This document shows positions 10,634 through 20,423 of a stretch of DNA of 54,666 bases, piece by piece. The translations under genes and the position numbers were made by a program. This DNA is from a bacterium UBP6_UBA1196 (GTDB lineage: Bacteria; UBP6; UBA1177). A model generated the notes under the pieces. That model did no database searches, was not told where the DNA came from, and was given only the letters and a program-made list of their open reading frames with translations. The DNA is taken from contig DBYC01000051.1 in assembly GCA_002310035.1 (NCBI GenBank), forward strand, positions 1-54,666, in the 5' to 3' direction. The number at the start of each line of letters is the position of its first letter. Positions within the stretch are counted from its first letter, which is position 1.

Positions 10634-10747
10634 ATGAAAGTAAGAGCATCTGTAAAAAAGATATGTTCTAAGTGCAAGATCGTAAAGAGAAAAGGGATTC
10701 TCAGAGTTATCTGCGAAAATCCGAAGCATAAACAGAAACAGGGCTAG
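10634..10747 (+). CDS. rpmJ: 50S ribosomal protein L36
   Basis: Too short for the ORF track. I translated [37 protein letters not shown] from the ATG at 10634, which follows an AAGGAG RBS. Confidence 0.95.
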   Translation: MKVRASVKKICSKCKIVKRKGILRVICENPKHKQKQG

Positions 10748-10770
10748 TTTTTATATTTAGGAGGTAAGAG

Positions 10771-11139
10771 TTGGTTCGTATTGCAGGAATTGATCTTCCA
10801 AGGAAGAAGAGAATGGAAATTGCCTTGACGTACGTTTACGGCATAGGCAGAACCAGTGCTCAGAAAATACTTGATGAAGCAGGAATTGACAGGAACATCA
10901 AAAGTGATGATGTTGACGATGCAATGGCTATCAAAATCAGAGCCATCATCGACCAGAAGTACAAAGTTGAGGGTGACCTTAGAAAGGAAACTATCATGAA
11001 CATCAAGAGATTGATGGATCTCGGAAGCTACAGAGGCCGCAGACACAGAAGAGGCTTGCCGTGCAGAGGTCAGCGTACACGCACGAACGCAAGAACCAGA
11101 AAGGGTCCGAGACGCAATCTTATGAAGAAGAAAAAATAG
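10771..11139 (+). CDS. rpsM: 30S ribosomal protein S13
   Basis: 122 aa, [28 protein letters not shown] start after AGGAGG. Confidence 0.97.
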   Translation: MVRIAGIDLPRKKRMEIALTYVYGIGRTSAQKILDEAGIDRNIKSDDVDDAMAIKIRAIIDQKYKVEGDLRKETIMNIKRLMDLGSYRGRRHRRGLPCRGQRTRTNARTRKGPRRNLMKKKK

Positions 11140-11153
11140 TGAGGAGATAGACA

Positions 11154-11534
11154 ATGGCACCTGAAAAGAAGAAAAGAGTTAAAAAGAGCATTCAGACCGG
11201 TCTCGCATATGTTCTTTGCAGCTTCAACAACACGATCGTAACGATCACAGATGTAAGCGGCAATGTTCTTTCATGGTCGAGCGCTGGTTTGAAGGGATTC
11301 CGCGGCAGCAAAAAGAGCACTCCGTATGCAGCTCAGATGGCAGCCGAGGATGCAGGTAAAAAGGCTCAGGAATACGGTCTGAAGACTCTCAGCGTATTCG
11401 TAAAGGGTCCGGGCAACGGCAGAGAGGCAGCGATCAGAGGATTCGCGAGCGTAGGTTACAATGTAACGCTCCTCAGAGACATCACTCCGATACCTCACAA
11501 CGGATGTCGCCCGAAAAAGAAAAGAAGAGTCTAG
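11154..11534 (+). CDS. rpsK: 30S ribosomal protein S11
   Basis: 126 aa, ...[35 protein letters not shown]. Confidence 0.97.
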   Translation: MAPEKKKRVKKSIQTGLAYVLCSFNNTIVTITDVSGNVLSWSSAGLKGFRGSKKSTPYAAQMAAEDAGKKAQEYGLKTLSVFVKGPGNGREAAIRGFASVGYNVTLLRDITPIPHNGCRPKKKRRV

Positions 11535-11576
11535 TTTCAGTATTGGTGTAAACTTTTAATCCAAAAGGAGGAAGCT

Positions 11577-12206
11577 TTGGCTAAGTACAAAGAGGCAAAA
11601 TGCAAAATTTGCAGAAGAGAAGGAGTTAAACTTTTTCTCAAAGGCGAGCGTTGTCACACAGATAAATGCTCATTCGACAGAAAACCCTACGGTCCGGGAC
11701 TTCACGGCCGCGACAAGAAAAGAGTAACTGAGTACAAAATTCAGCTTCGTGAAAAACAGAAAACGAGAGCTATGTACGGTATGCTCGAAAAACAGTTCAG
11801 TATTTTCTACAAAAGATCTGACCTTCAGAAAGGCGCAACAGGCGAAAACCTTCTCAGAATGCTTGAATGCAGACTTGACAGCGTTGTTTGTCACCTCGGC
11901 TTCGCAACGAGCAAGGCTCAGGCCAGACAGCTGATCAACCACAAACACTTCTCTGTCAACGGGATCGCTACGGATATTCCTTCTTTCGTTGTCAAACAGG
12001 GAGATGTCATTGCGGTTAGAGAAAACAGCAAGTCGTTAAAGTTCTTCAGAGATATTATAGAAGATGCTGGTTCCAGAGTCGGCGTTCCGACCTGGTTGGA
12101 ATTGAACAAAGAGGCAATGAAGGGAACAGTTACTCGTCTTCCCGAAAGAGAAGACTTGCCGGCAGATGTCAAGGAGAATCTCATAGTTGAGCTTTACTCT
12201 AAGTAA
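11577..12206 (+). CDS. rpsD: 30S ribosomal protein S4
   Basis: 209 aa, AKY...KCK.CRREG.KLFLKGERC...KC. S4 RNA-binding domain. TTG start after AGGAGG. Confidence 0.96.
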   Translation: MAKYKEAKCKICRREGVKLFLKGERCHTDKCSFDRKPYGPGLHGRDKKRVTEYKIQLREKQKTRAMYGMLEKQFSIFYKRSDLQKGATGENLLRMLECRLDSVVCHLGFATSKAQARQLINHKHFSVNGIATDIPSFVVKQGDVIAVRENSKSLKFFRDIIEDAGSRVGVPTWLELNKEAMKGTVTRLPEREDLPADVKENLIVELYSK

Positions 12207-12219
12207 CGGAGGGATTTTT

Positions 12220-13245
12220 ATGGATCAAGCCAATTGGAAAACATTGATCATGCCCAAAGAGGTAAGAATCGGCGAGCAGGATAAAAACTACACTCGTTTT
12301 ATTTGCGAGCCGCTTATGAAGGGGTATGGGACAACGTTGGGTAACGCACTTCGCAGAATTCTTATTTCGAGTCTGCGCGGAGCGGCGGTAGTCGGCGTAA
12401 AAATCAAGGGCGTTGAGCACGAGTTTGCGACGATCCCGGGCATTAAAGAGGATGTCGTCGATATTATTTTGAACATCAAGCAGATCCGTTTCATTGCACA
12501 CGAAGATGCCAACCAGACCCTTTTCCTCAAGAGAAACACAAAGGGACAGGTTTTTGCAGGCGATATCGAGGAAAATTCTGGAATTTCCATTCTCAACAAG
12601 GATCTTTACCTCTTCACAATGGATGATGGCGTAGATTTTGAGATGGAGCTTCTTGTCACGATCGGCAGAGGCTATGTTCCGTCAGAGTCGCATGATCCCG
12701 ATTTGTTCGGTGAGGGCTTTATTCCCGTTGATTCGTTCTTCTCTCCGGTCGTAAGGGCAAACTATCAGATCTCCAACGCAAGAGTTAAGAACAGCTTTGA
12801 CTACGATAAACTTACATTTGATCTGGAAACGGACGGCTCTTTGTCTCCGCGTGAGGCTCTTGCCTATGCAGCTATGATTCTCAGAGAGCATACAAAATTC
12901 CTCATCAACTTTACCGGTTGCGAAGATGAACTTGAAGATATCCATCAGGAGGAGCCGGAGGTTATCAGCGACGTTGATATGAATCTCTACCGTCCGATCA
13001 GCGAGTTTGTCAATCTCAGTATCAGATCCAAAAACTGCCTGAGAGAGGCGAATATCGTCTATATCGGCGAATTGGCATCCAGGACAGAGGCAGAGATGCT
13101 CAAAACAAAGAATTTCGGCAGAACGTCTCTCAAGGAACTGAAGACGTTGTTGAACAGTCTGGGTCTCGATTTCGGCATGGAAATCCCGGGGTTCCCGGAC
13201 AGCAGAATAATTGAACAGATTGAAAAAGGTACAGGGAGCAAGTAA
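12220..13245 (+). CDS. rpoA: DNA-directed RNA polymerase subunit alpha
   Basis: The ATG at 12220 follows a GGAGGG RBS; the ORF track starts at 12187 inside rpsD. GYGTTLGNALRRILLSSL-like motif and a C-terminal alpha-CTD (LSIRSKNCLREANI.YIGEL). Confidence 0.96.
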   Translation: MDQANWKTLIMPKEVRIGEQDKNYTRFICEPLMKGYGTTLGNALRRILISSLRGAAVVGVKIKGVEHEFATIPGIKEDVVDIILNIKQIRFIAHEDANQTLFLKRNTKGQVFAGDIEENSGISILNKDLYLFTMDDGVDFEMELLVTIGRGYVPSESHDPDLFGEGFIPVDSFFSPVVRANYQISNARVKNSFDYDKLTFDLETDGSLSPREALAYAAMILREHTKFLINFTGCEDELEDIHQEEPEVISDVDMNLYRPISEFVNLSIRSKNCLREANIVYIGELASRTEAEMLKTKNFGRTSLKELKTLLNSLGLDFGMEIPGFPDSRIIEQIEKGTGSK

Positions 13246-13670
13246 TGAGACATAGAAAAGCTGGAAGAAAATTAGGCAGAAAAAGTTCGCATCGCGAGGC
13301 GTTGCTTTGCAACCTGCTTAATGCACTTGTAAAGAACGAGCGTATCGAGACCACACTCGGGCGTGCGAAAGAGCTTAAGAGAGTTGCTGACAAGGCTATC
13401 ACTCTTGCAAAGAAGAACACTCAGGCTTCGATCACACAGCTTTCAAGGGTTGTAAAATCCGAAAGAGAGATCGTTATCGCGAAGCTGCTCAGTGATCTCG
13501 CACCGAGATATGCTCAGAGAGAGGGCGGATATACAAGAATAATCAAACTCGGATTCCGCAGAGGTGACGCGGCACCTACAGCTGTTGTTGAATACCTTAA
13601 GGCAGATGAACAGCCGAAGGCAAAAGCAAAGAAGAAAGCAGAGACCGCTCCTGCAGAAAAAGCCGAGTAA
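13245..13670 (+). CDS. rplQ: 50S ribosomal protein L17
   Basis: 141 aa, MRHRKAGRKLGR.SSHR.AL..NL...L...ERIETT..RAKEL. ATGA overlap with rpoA. Confidence 0.96.
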   Translation: MRHRKAGRKLGRKSSHREALLCNLLNALVKNERIETTLGRAKELKRVADKAITLAKKNTQASITQLSRVVKSEREIVIAKLLSDLAPRYAQREGGYTRIIKLGFRRGDAAPTAVVEYLKADEQPKAKAKKKAETAPAEKAE

Positions 13671-13699
13671 TATTCGGAAATCAAAAGAGTTCTCCATCA

Positions 13700-13726
13700 A
13701 AAACCGCCTTCGGGCGGTTTTTTTTA
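13700..13726 (+). terminator. Rho-independent terminator of the alpha operon
   Basis: aaaACCGCCttcgGGCGGTtttttttt: a GC-rich 6-bp stem, a 4-nt loop and a T-run, about 30 nt after the rplQ stop. Confidence 0.85.
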
Positions 13727-13829
13727 AAGTGAGTGCATATTTATTGTTTCTTTACATTGCAAAGTGTTGAATTTTCTACTAAACGAGGAAACGTGTTTTA
13801 ATAACAAGAAACTTTTTAGGAGCATTAGG

Positions 13830-14336
13830 ATGAACAATTTATTGAAAAAAGTCCTCTTTTTATCGATATTCTTTTTTGTTTCGTCATGTTTGATGGCAGA
13901 AGATTATCATTTCGAGCTCTATTCAATGAGCGGAAAGCTGCTTTCTACCAGGGAAATAATGAAGAGTTCAAATGCAAAATATCTTATAGTTGATTTCTTC
14001 TCGCTTATCTGTGAGCCGTGTAAGAAATCGTTGCCCAAATGGGATAAATTTTACGCGGAGAATAAGGGTAAGGGGTTTGAATTTCTTCTTGTTTCGTTAC
14101 CGGCACAAGGAGACAGAAGGAAAGTGGAAAAAGATTTAAAAAAGTATTTCAGAAATCAACAGTTCGGTTTTTATAATGCATTTGATAAGTATTCTGTTGT
14201 AGGGAAAAATTTTGGAGCTGTCGAGAAATCGGGTGAAGTTAAACTTCCTATGATATTCGTTTTAAATAAATCTGGAGAGATTCTTTTTAGAGCCGAATCC
14301 TACGATGAGGCAATGTCTCAAATTAAGAACTTATAA
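13830..14336 (+). CDS. Secreted or lipoprotein thioredoxin-fold protein (TlpA/ResA-like, CxxC)
   Basis: The ATG at 13830 gives MNNLLKKVLFLSIFFFVSSC... (signal peptide). IVDFFSLICEPCKKSLPKW carries a CEPC redox motif in thioredoxin-fold context. Confidence 0.7.
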   Translation: MNNLLKKVLFLSIFFFVSSCLMAEDYHFELYSMSGKLLSTREIMKSSNAKYLIVDFFSLICEPCKKSLPKWDKFYAENKGKGFEFLLVSLPAQGDRRKVEKDLKKYFRNQQFGFYNAFDKYSVVGKNFGAVEKSGEVKLPMIFVLNKSGEILFRAESYDEAMSQIKNL

Positions 14337-14337
14337 G

Positions 14338-15189
14338 TTACTCGACTTGTTCAATAATTTCCTGAACCGCTTTTGATATTGCTATTCCTCGGGCATCTTT
14401 TGCGCTATATGCTGCACCCTTGCTTTCAATGTTCCAACGTTCTATTGTTTCTTTAGTTAGAAGGTTGAAAAGCTCTGCCTTGAGCTGGACAACAGAATAG
14501 AATTCACCGTTGTATTCCTCAGCTTTTGTCTCTGTTATTTCTATTGACAGAAAAAAAGCTTTGTGAGACTCCATTGCAACTCTGGCAATATCCTGAGTGT
14601 CTTCGAAATCTATTTTTTCGTTAAGCTTGATCCCCTTTTTGTTAAAAACAGGGAAGAGAGCTCTGATTTTGTCGGCACTTTCCGGAAGTTCAGAATTTAA
14701 AGCCCATAGACCAAAACCGTCAACTTCGATTTGAATTCTTGCAAGTTCTGTCTTTGGAATCGAAACAAGAACAAAGCCGTTGTATCCCCTGCCGTGTCTT
14801 TCGATATATTTGTCCTTAATGTGGTAGTTTTTTACCTCAATCTGTTTGCCTGTTACAGAGCTTTTTACACCGATTGCGTATGAATATTCGCCGTTATTCT
14901 CGACTTGATGTGAATCGAATTCGCTTTTTACTGCGACACCGAAGGAGTTGCTGACCTTTGAAAAAGCGTTCTGCAAAGCAAGTGTAGCAGCGTCTTCTTC
15001 GGAACTTGAATCGCTTGAGTCGCCTACAAACAGGACAACATCGGATTTCTCTATTTTTTCCGCGACATTTGTCCAGGCAGGACGGTCGGCGGATGTTGCA
15101 GGAGTGCTGTTGTGCTGCGGAGTATCTGCGGTTCCGCATGCTACAAAGCAAAGTGCCGATAACAAAACAACAATTAATCTGATTTTCAT
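14338..15189 (-). CDS. Lipoprotein with LPP20-like N-terminal region, function unknown
   Basis: MKIRLIVVLLSALCFVACG lipobox. RPAWTN...FVGDSS...AATLALQNAFSKVSNSFGVAVKSEF resembles the LPP20 family pattern. Confidence 0.55.
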   Translation of the reverse strand: MKIRLIVVLLSALCFVACGTADTPQHNSTPATSADRPAWTNVAEKIEKSDVVLFVGDSSDSSSEEDAATLALQNAFSKVSNSFGVAVKSEFDSHQVENNGEYSYAIGVKSSVTGKQIEVKNYHIKDKYIERHGRGYNGFVLVSIPKTELARIQIEVDGFGLWALNSELPESADKIRALFPVFNKKGIKLNEKIDFEDTQDIARVAMESHKAFFLSIEITETKAEEYNGEFYSVVQLKAELFNLLTKETIERWNIESKGAAYSAKDARGIAISKAVQEIIEQVE

Positions 15190-15285
15190 AAAAATCTCCT
15201 AAATAAATAGTATCCCCGGAACATTTTGTTTAGCTGAAGCTGATGTTCTGGGGATTTTTTCATCTTATGGGAAGTAATGGTGAGA

Positions 15286-15876
15286 CTATTTTTTCTGAGC
15301 TTCAATTTCCTGAGCAAGCTCGTCGAAAGCCTTTTCAGCTCTTTCAACAACAGCTTTTCTGATACCTTCACTAAGCTGGCCCATGCTGTTGACTGCATTG
15401 GAGAATTTTTGTACATCCATGCAAACAAGAGCCCAGAACTGTCCGTTGTTTGAAATCCATGAATCTCTCTGTTCTGTGCCGGAAAGAGTTGTGTTTACAA
15501 TCTGTTTGGAAACGTTTTCAGCATGCTGCTCATCGTTTGCTGCTCTACCATACTCTTCTCCGCCTGTGGTGGTTGCTTCGTAAGTTTTAACCATGTTCAT
15601 TACTTTAACACCAAGCATCCTTGCAAGCTCATCTCTTGCACGGGAGACAGCTCCGGTCCTTGCCATTGAAGGATTTCTGGTTCCGCCTAAAGAACCGGCA
15701 CCGCAGATCTCCTGAGAATTTCCGCTACCGCCCATCATAACCCATTTCGGAGCGCCATCAAATTCGCTAGCCATAGCATTCTTCGGGGTGTTTTCTTTTT
15801 TGTCAGCGCTTCCGCATGCAGACATCATTAATGCAATAACGAAGACCAAAAGTACTGAAATAACTGATTTTTTCAT
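15286..15876 (-). CDS. LPP20-family-like lipoprotein
   Basis: The ATG at 15876 follows GGAGGTAA. MKKSVISVLLVFVIALMMSACG lipobox. APKWVMMGG...GAGS...ARTGAVSRARDELARMLGVKV pattern. Confidence 0.6.
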   Translation of the reverse strand: MKKSVISVLLVFVIALMMSACGSADKKENTPKNAMASEFDGAPKWVMMGGSGNSQEICGAGSLGGTRNPSMARTGAVSRARDELARMLGVKVMNMVKTYEATTTGGEEYGRAANDEQHAENVSKQIVNTTLSGTEQRDSWISNNGQFWALVCMDVQKFSNAVNSMGQLSEGIRKAVVERAEKAFDELAQEIEAQKK

Positions 15877-15947
15877 TTTGTTACCTCCATAAAAAAATAA
15901 TAAACAGAAACATACTCCCTGCATGTTTCTGAAGCCAGTTCAAATAT

Positions 15948-16511
15948 TTACTCAAATTCCTTGTCCAACTCGTCAAAAGAGTCTTTTGCCTTCTTTTTGG
16001 ATTCCTGATACTCTTTCTTCTCTACTTCTTTCTTTTTGCTCTCAGCCTGAGTTTTAACTTTTGCCTCTTTTTCAACATCTTTTAAGGTTAAATCATCAGC
16101 CTTGTCAAGCTGTTCATCTGCTTTTTGGGCTTCTTCAGCTGCTTTTTTCTGTTCTTTTGATATCTTTTTCCCCTGGACAGCTTTCTGGTGGCTGCTATCT
16201 CCTACTTTTTTGAGCTTTTTTGCAATTTGTTCGGGTGTCTCCTCCGGTTCTTCATCAATTTCTTCCGGAGAGTTGTTTTCTTTTCTGGCTTCTATGTTTT
16301 CAGCAGTATTTTCTTTTGCCTGATTTGTCTCAATTTCTTTCAGAGCGGTCTGTTCCTTTTTTTCGATCATTTTTATAGATGCATCGATTTTTTGAGCCTC
16401 ACCCTGTTTGAGACTCTTTTGAGCATCAGGAGCAGGAGAATCATCTCCGCAAGCAGTAAAAAGCAAAGAAAGAACAAAAAACAGAATGGTTAAGGTATTA
16501 ATTTTATTCAT
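15948..16511 (-). CDS. K/E-rich low-complexity lipoprotein
   Basis: MNKINTLTILFFVLSLLFTACGDD lipobox. The rest is lysine/glutamate-rich and probably coiled-coil or disordered. Confidence 0.6.
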   Translation of the reverse strand: MNKINTLTILFFVLSLLFTACGDDSPAPDAQKSLKQGEAQKIDASIKMIEKKEQTALKEIETNQAKENTAENIEARKENNSPEEIDEEPEETPEQIAKKLKKVGDSSHQKAVQGKKISKEQKKAAEEAQKADEQLDKADDLTLKDVEKEAKVKTQAESKKKEVEKKEYQESKKKAKDSFDELDKEFE

Positions 16512-16529
16512 TAGTCCCTCTTTATAAAA

Positions 16530-17669
16530 TTAAAAAACTGTTCCAATATTCAAAAAGAAATATGAGCTGTGCCATCCGCTTCCGGCATCACCTCCGAAAC
16601 CTAAATCTAATATAAACCTGTTTCGGAATATCATGTCAAAGCCAAGCTCCCAAGCGAAAGCACCTTCGTGTTCTGTGCCTTCATCCCAAATAAATATGCT
16701 CTCGCTCCCGCCCAATGAAAACCAAAAACCGACATAGCGGAGGGTATATGTGCTTACACGGAAGTCGTAGCCGATATTTGCCAAAACAGGTATAGTCATG
16801 TAAAAAATTTCACTATACTCTATAGGCAGATAGAATTGGAAGTCGAATCCAAAACCGACATAGAGATTTCCGGCACCGCCGCCATATGGTTTTCTGAAAA
16901 CATTGAAGTTGAAATCCAAACCGGTTGAAAGACCAAGTTTTTCTGCACTGTCAAAGTTTGCCAGTATGCCGAATTTGTATCTGCCTGTAAATAATTTATC
17001 CATGCGTTCGTCTGCATTGGAATAAACTTGCGCCAGCTTCTCTTTTGCTTCTGTCTCGTCTTCAATGTTTTTGCTTTTTGCGACTTCATTAGACTTTGCC
17101 ACTTGTGTTTCGGCTTTCTCCTCTTTGACTTCCTTTTCTTCATTTTCTGAATAATCCTTCCTCGAACTTTCAGAATTATAGATCGATTCGTAAGCCGCGA
17201 TAACTTTTTCTGCGATGTTGTCGAGAGCTGTGCTCAGGGAGTTTTCGGTTCCGTCATATTTTTCTCTTGCTCCGACAACGGTAGCCTCCTTCGCAAGGTC
17301 GATAAGCTCCGATGCGATAACGAATGTTTGACCGAGACGCGTTATTGTAGTTCTAAGAATTGTGTCTGCTGAAAGTGCCTGCCCGAGCTGGATCTGACAG
17401 TTCTTGTCGTTGCACTCTTTGTAGGATTCTTTTTTCATATCCTTTATCATTGCCTGATTCTGCCGCTCAGTAGCGATGACTGTGTATTTGTTTGCGCTGA
17501 TCAGCGCTCCTCTAAGGTATTCTGTTGCATCTGAAAGTACCTGTTTTGACAGCGTTCCGCTACGATCTTCAAATTCCATAACCGCAAGTCTGAGCTTGTC
17601 GTCGTCTTCGGCAAACAATTTGAAAAATACACATAAAACAAGAAAAACAAAACAGCAGATTTTTTTCAT
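16530..17669 (-). CDS. Secreted protein: CsgG/LpoB-like N-terminal domain plus putative beta-barrel C-terminal domain
   Basis: Signal peptide MKKICCFVFLVLCVFFKLFA. LRLAVMEFEDRSG...TVIATERQ...LGQALSADTILRTTITRLG...ELIDL matches the CsgG/LpoB/FlgO-type fold pattern. The C-terminus has alternating aromatic/Gly segments and ends in ...GTVF. Confidence 0.55.
   Translation of the reverse strand: MKKICCFVFLVLCVFFKLFAEDDDKLRLAVMEFEDRSGTLSKQVLSDATEYLRGALISANKYTVIATERQNQAMIKDMKKESYKECNDKNCQIQLGQALSADTILRTTITRLGQTFVIASELIDLAKEATVVGAREKYDGTENSLSTALDNIAEKVIAAYESIYNSESSRKDYSENEEKEVKEEKAETQVAKSNEVAKSKNIEDETEAKEKLAQVYSNADERMDKLFTGRYKFGILANFDSAEKLGLSTGLDFNFNVFRKPYGGGAGNLYVGFGFDFQFYLPIEYSEIFYMTIPVLANIGYDFRVSTYTLRYVGFWFSLGGSESIFIWDEGTEHEGAFAWELGFDMIFRNRFILDLGFGGDAGSGWHSSYFFLNIGTVF
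17172..17669. repeat. About 0.5-kb near-identical dispersed repeat, copy 1 (5' part of the CsgG/LpoB-like gene)
   Basis: Aligned by eye to 19926-20423. Long identical runs (e.g. ctgattctgccgctcagtagcgatgactgtgtatttgtttgc) with scattered substitutions. Confidence 0.85.
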
Positions 17670-17678
17670 TTCAATTTC

Positions 17679-19373
17679 CTAATATGCATTACAAGACTTT
17701 TCATAACCAAGTTCACACGATTTTTTATAAAGCTCAATTGCCTTAGATTTGCTTTTTTTGACACTTTTTGTGCCGCCGTCATACATCACACCGAGCATAT
17801 AGCACGATTCTCCGCCTTTTGCTTCACAGGAGTCTTCAAGAATATCGAGCGATTTTTTTATATCTTTTTCTGCAGACATCTGTCCTTGAAAGAGAATCAT
17901 TGCTGTAGCAAAACATGCGTTTTTGTTGCCCAAATAACACGATTTTTCGGCAAAAAGAGCAGCAAGACCGCCTTTTTTATCGTTTTTTGCATCGGTGTAA
18001 AGATCGAAACAGGCTTTTTCTACTTTTCTTTCGCAGGCATATTTTTTCAGGCTTGTAGAATCTCCGTCAGCTTTCATCGAAAGAATGTAGCATTTTGCGG
18101 GATTGCCCTGACGGCATGAATCCTGCCACGATGCAGCTTTTGCCGGATGCGAAAAGACGGCCTCTTTTACATCTGCACGTTTTTCCTTGTCCTTGATCCC
18201 GGCCAGTATCTCTTCAACATTTGCACTGCCGGCGAAGGCTCCGTACCTGTCAATGTATTCAGCCAGGTTTTTGACAAAAATTTTCTGGTTGAAGGAGGAG
18301 GAAGCGGCTGTTTTTTTTAGAGCTTCGAACTCTTTCTTTTCATCTGCAGATAGTTCAGAAATCACACTTTCCATCTTTTTGTAGAAAGCTGTTCTATTTT
18401 TTGCAAGGTCTCGAAAGGGGTTGTCGCCGCTGTATTCTTCAATGTTTTCCCATAAAGCAGCGGCTTTTTCGCTGTTGAGTCTCCCTTTTCTTTCAGCATT
18501 GACTGCTTTGGAGTAGAGTTCACGCAAATCAGCCGGAACATTTTTGAAAACAGATGTATTGTTTGTGTCTGGATATTCCGGGAAATCCATTATAGGGGCG
18601 TAAATCTGAAGGGAATTAAAGAGATCCGATTTGATTATTTCAATGGAATCTCCCTTCGAATAGGCCGATGTTATGAGCATTTTTTCGACCAGATCATAGC
18701 GTTCTACCGAGAAAATCACATTTCTCCCGTTACATTTAGCTGCGGCTTGAGCAAAATAGGCCGTTTTAGGCAGATTTCTCGAAAAATCGGGACCGTTTTC
18801 TTCTTGACCGAGTTTCCAGCCGAGGCGTGTCGCAGCCTCTTTAAAAAGCATCTCAAGTTCTTCTGCTTGATCTCCTCCGCATTTCGATGTCGAGAAATTC
18901 CATGCCGTGATCCCTGTCGCCTTAATTCCCATGAGTTGCAAATCTTCGCTGGAAACGGCTATTTTGACAGCCGATTCGTAGAATGTATCAACTCCGGCTA
19001 TAAATTTCTCGCTGTATGATTCCTTGAGATAATTTCTCACCGTTATTTGAGCTCCGCGCTCACTCAAGACATCGCGGACAAGGCTTTCGCTTTCATCCCC
19101 GAAAGCGGCCTCATAACTTTTTGAAAGCGACCGGACATCTGCTTTGACGTATTTGCTGACAAGAGAGAGAGCGTTTGCCAAAGCGCGGGAAATGCTCTCT
19201 TCAAGTTTCAACTGCTTACTTGACCTGCCGACAAAATAGTGAGTGTTTCCTTCAACGAAATGAGTCTGTTCAACCCATTTCGGTGCCCTCTCCGAAAAAA
19301 GAGAGTGCCTCTGTTGCGAAAACAGAGTGAAACAAATCAAAAAAATAAGGGAAGCAGCGAGAAATCTTTTCAT
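17679..19373 (-). CDS. Secreted protein with LPP20-like N-terminal region and C-terminal Sel1-type cysteine-rich repeats
   Basis: Signal peptide. APKWVEQTHFVEGNTHYFVGRS...ALANALSLVSKYV. The C-terminus has repeated ...C....LG.MY..G.....K...KAIELYKKSCELGYEKSC, a Sel1/Hcp-like pattern. Confidence 0.6.
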   Translation of the reverse strand: MKRFLAASLIFLICFTLFSQQRHSLFSERAPKWVEQTHFVEGNTHYFVGRSSKQLKLEESISRALANALSLVSKYVKADVRSLSKSYEAAFGDESESLVRDVLSERGAQITVRNYLKESYSEKFIAGVDTFYESAVKIAVSSEDLQLMGIKATGITAWNFSTSKCGGDQAEELEMLFKEAATRLGWKLGQEENGPDFSRNLPKTAYFAQAAAKCNGRNVIFSVERYDLVEKMLITSAYSKGDSIEIIKSDLFNSLQIYAPIMDFPEYPDTNNTSVFKNVPADLRELYSKAVNAERKGRLNSEKAAALWENIEEYSGDNPFRDLAKNRTAFYKKMESVISELSADEKKEFEALKKTAASSSFNQKIFVKNLAEYIDRYGAFAGSANVEEILAGIKDKEKRADVKEAVFSHPAKAASWQDSCRQGNPAKCYILSMKADGDSTSLKKYACERKVEKACFDLYTDAKNDKKGGLAALFAEKSCYLGNKNACFATAMILFQGQMSAEKDIKKSLDILEDSCEAKGGESCYMLGVMYDGGTKSVKKSKSKAIELYKKSCELGYEKSCNAY

Positions 19374-19448
19374 CTTTATCTCTTTTCCTCTTTTAAATTC
19401 AAAAGACCCTGTATAGTAGAATGAGAGAATTAAATGTCAAGAATGATT

Positions 19449-20423
19449 TCAGAAGCTGAAGCCGAGTTGTGCAAAGGCACCGCCTTTTGTCGGAGCGATG
19501 GAAAGGCTGTTGAGGTAGATTTTTGCTTTCTTTTCTCTCACAGCTCCGATCGGCGCCATGATTACGCCTGTCGTAATTACGCCAGAACCCAGACCGAACA
19601 ATGTAAGACTGCCAACAATCAATCCGTCATCTCCTTCATCATAGTCTTCGCCATCTATGCATCCCAAAAGGATTCCGGCAATTACAAACATTCCGGCACC
19701 TACACCTACAAGCGAAGCACCGACTATTTTTAATTTCCTTCCAGATTCGAGGTTTTCCCTGGCCTCCGCCAATGTCAGTTTATCATTTTTGACTGGAGCC
19801 TGATAGTTGTTGACCGGCTGGTAGTTATTGTTAGATGAATAGCTGTTTGAATTCGAGTAGTTGTTTGTATTTGAGTAGTTGTTGTTCTCTTCACGCTCAT
19901 AATTATCGCGTCTCGAATTATCTGATGAATTATAAATCGATTCATAAGCCGCGATAACTTTTTCTGCAATATTGTCAAGAGCCTCACTCATTGAGTTTTC
20001 AGTGCCGTCATATTTTTCTCTTGCTCCGACAACGGTAGCCTCTTTTGCAAGGTCGATAAGCTCTGAGGCTATAACGAAAGTTTTGCCGAGACGTGTAACT
20101 GTCGTTCTAAGAATAGTGTCTGCTGAAAGAGCCTGACCGAGCTGGATCTGACAGTTCTTGTCGTTGCACTCTTTGTAGGATTCTTTCTTCATATCCTTTA
20201 TCATTGCCTGATTCTGCCGCTCAGTAGCGATGACTGTGTATTTGTTTGCACTGATCAGTGCTCCTCTAAGGTATTCTGTTGCATCTGAAAGTACCTGTTT
20301 CGACAGTGTCCCGCTGCGGTCTTCAAATTCCATAACCGCAAGTCTGAGCTTGTCGTCGTCATCGGCAAACAATTTGGAAAAAACACAGAAAACAACAAAA
20401 ACAATACAACAGATTTTTTTCAT
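19449..20423 (-). CDS. Paralogue of 16530-17669: the same CsgG/LpoB-like N-terminal domain with a different C-terminus (N/Y/S-rich linker plus Gly-rich hydrophobic anchor)
   Basis: The ATG at 20423 follows GGAGGAG. About 165 N-terminal aa are nearly identical to the 379-aa paralogue. These are followed by NNNYSNTNNYSNSNSYSSNNNYQPVNNYQ and Gly-zipper-like segments, ending in ...LGFSF. Confidence 0.6.
   Translation of the reverse strand: MKKICCIVFVVFCVFSKLFADDDDKLRLAVMEFEDRSGTLSKQVLSDATEYLRGALISANKYTVIATERQNQAMIKDMKKESYKECNDKNCQIQLGQALSADTILRTTVTRLGKTFVIASELIDLAKEATVVGAREKYDGTENSMSEALDNIAEKVIAAYESIYNSSDNSRRDNYEREENNNYSNTNNYSNSNSYSSNNNYQPVNNYQAPVKNDKLTLAEARENLESGRKLKIVGASLVGVGAGMFVIAGILLGCIDGEDYDEGDDGLIVGSLTLFGLGSGVITTGVIMAPIGAVREKKAKIYLNSLSIAPTKGGAFAQLGFSF
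19926..20423. repeat. About 0.5-kb near-identical dispersed repeat, copy 2
   Basis: See 17172-17669. Confidence 0.85.

Noticed and set aside
154-13700. Many 60-340-aa ORFs antisense to, or out of frame with, the ribosomal-protein, secY and rpoA genes (e.g. 1749-2375, 2113-2652, 8613-9107, 9169-10203, 12199-12599).
   Set aside because: They lie entirely inside strongly supported conserved genes. They have low-complexity or Ser/Arg/Cys-rich composition, no RBS and no recognisable motifs. They are shadow ORFs.
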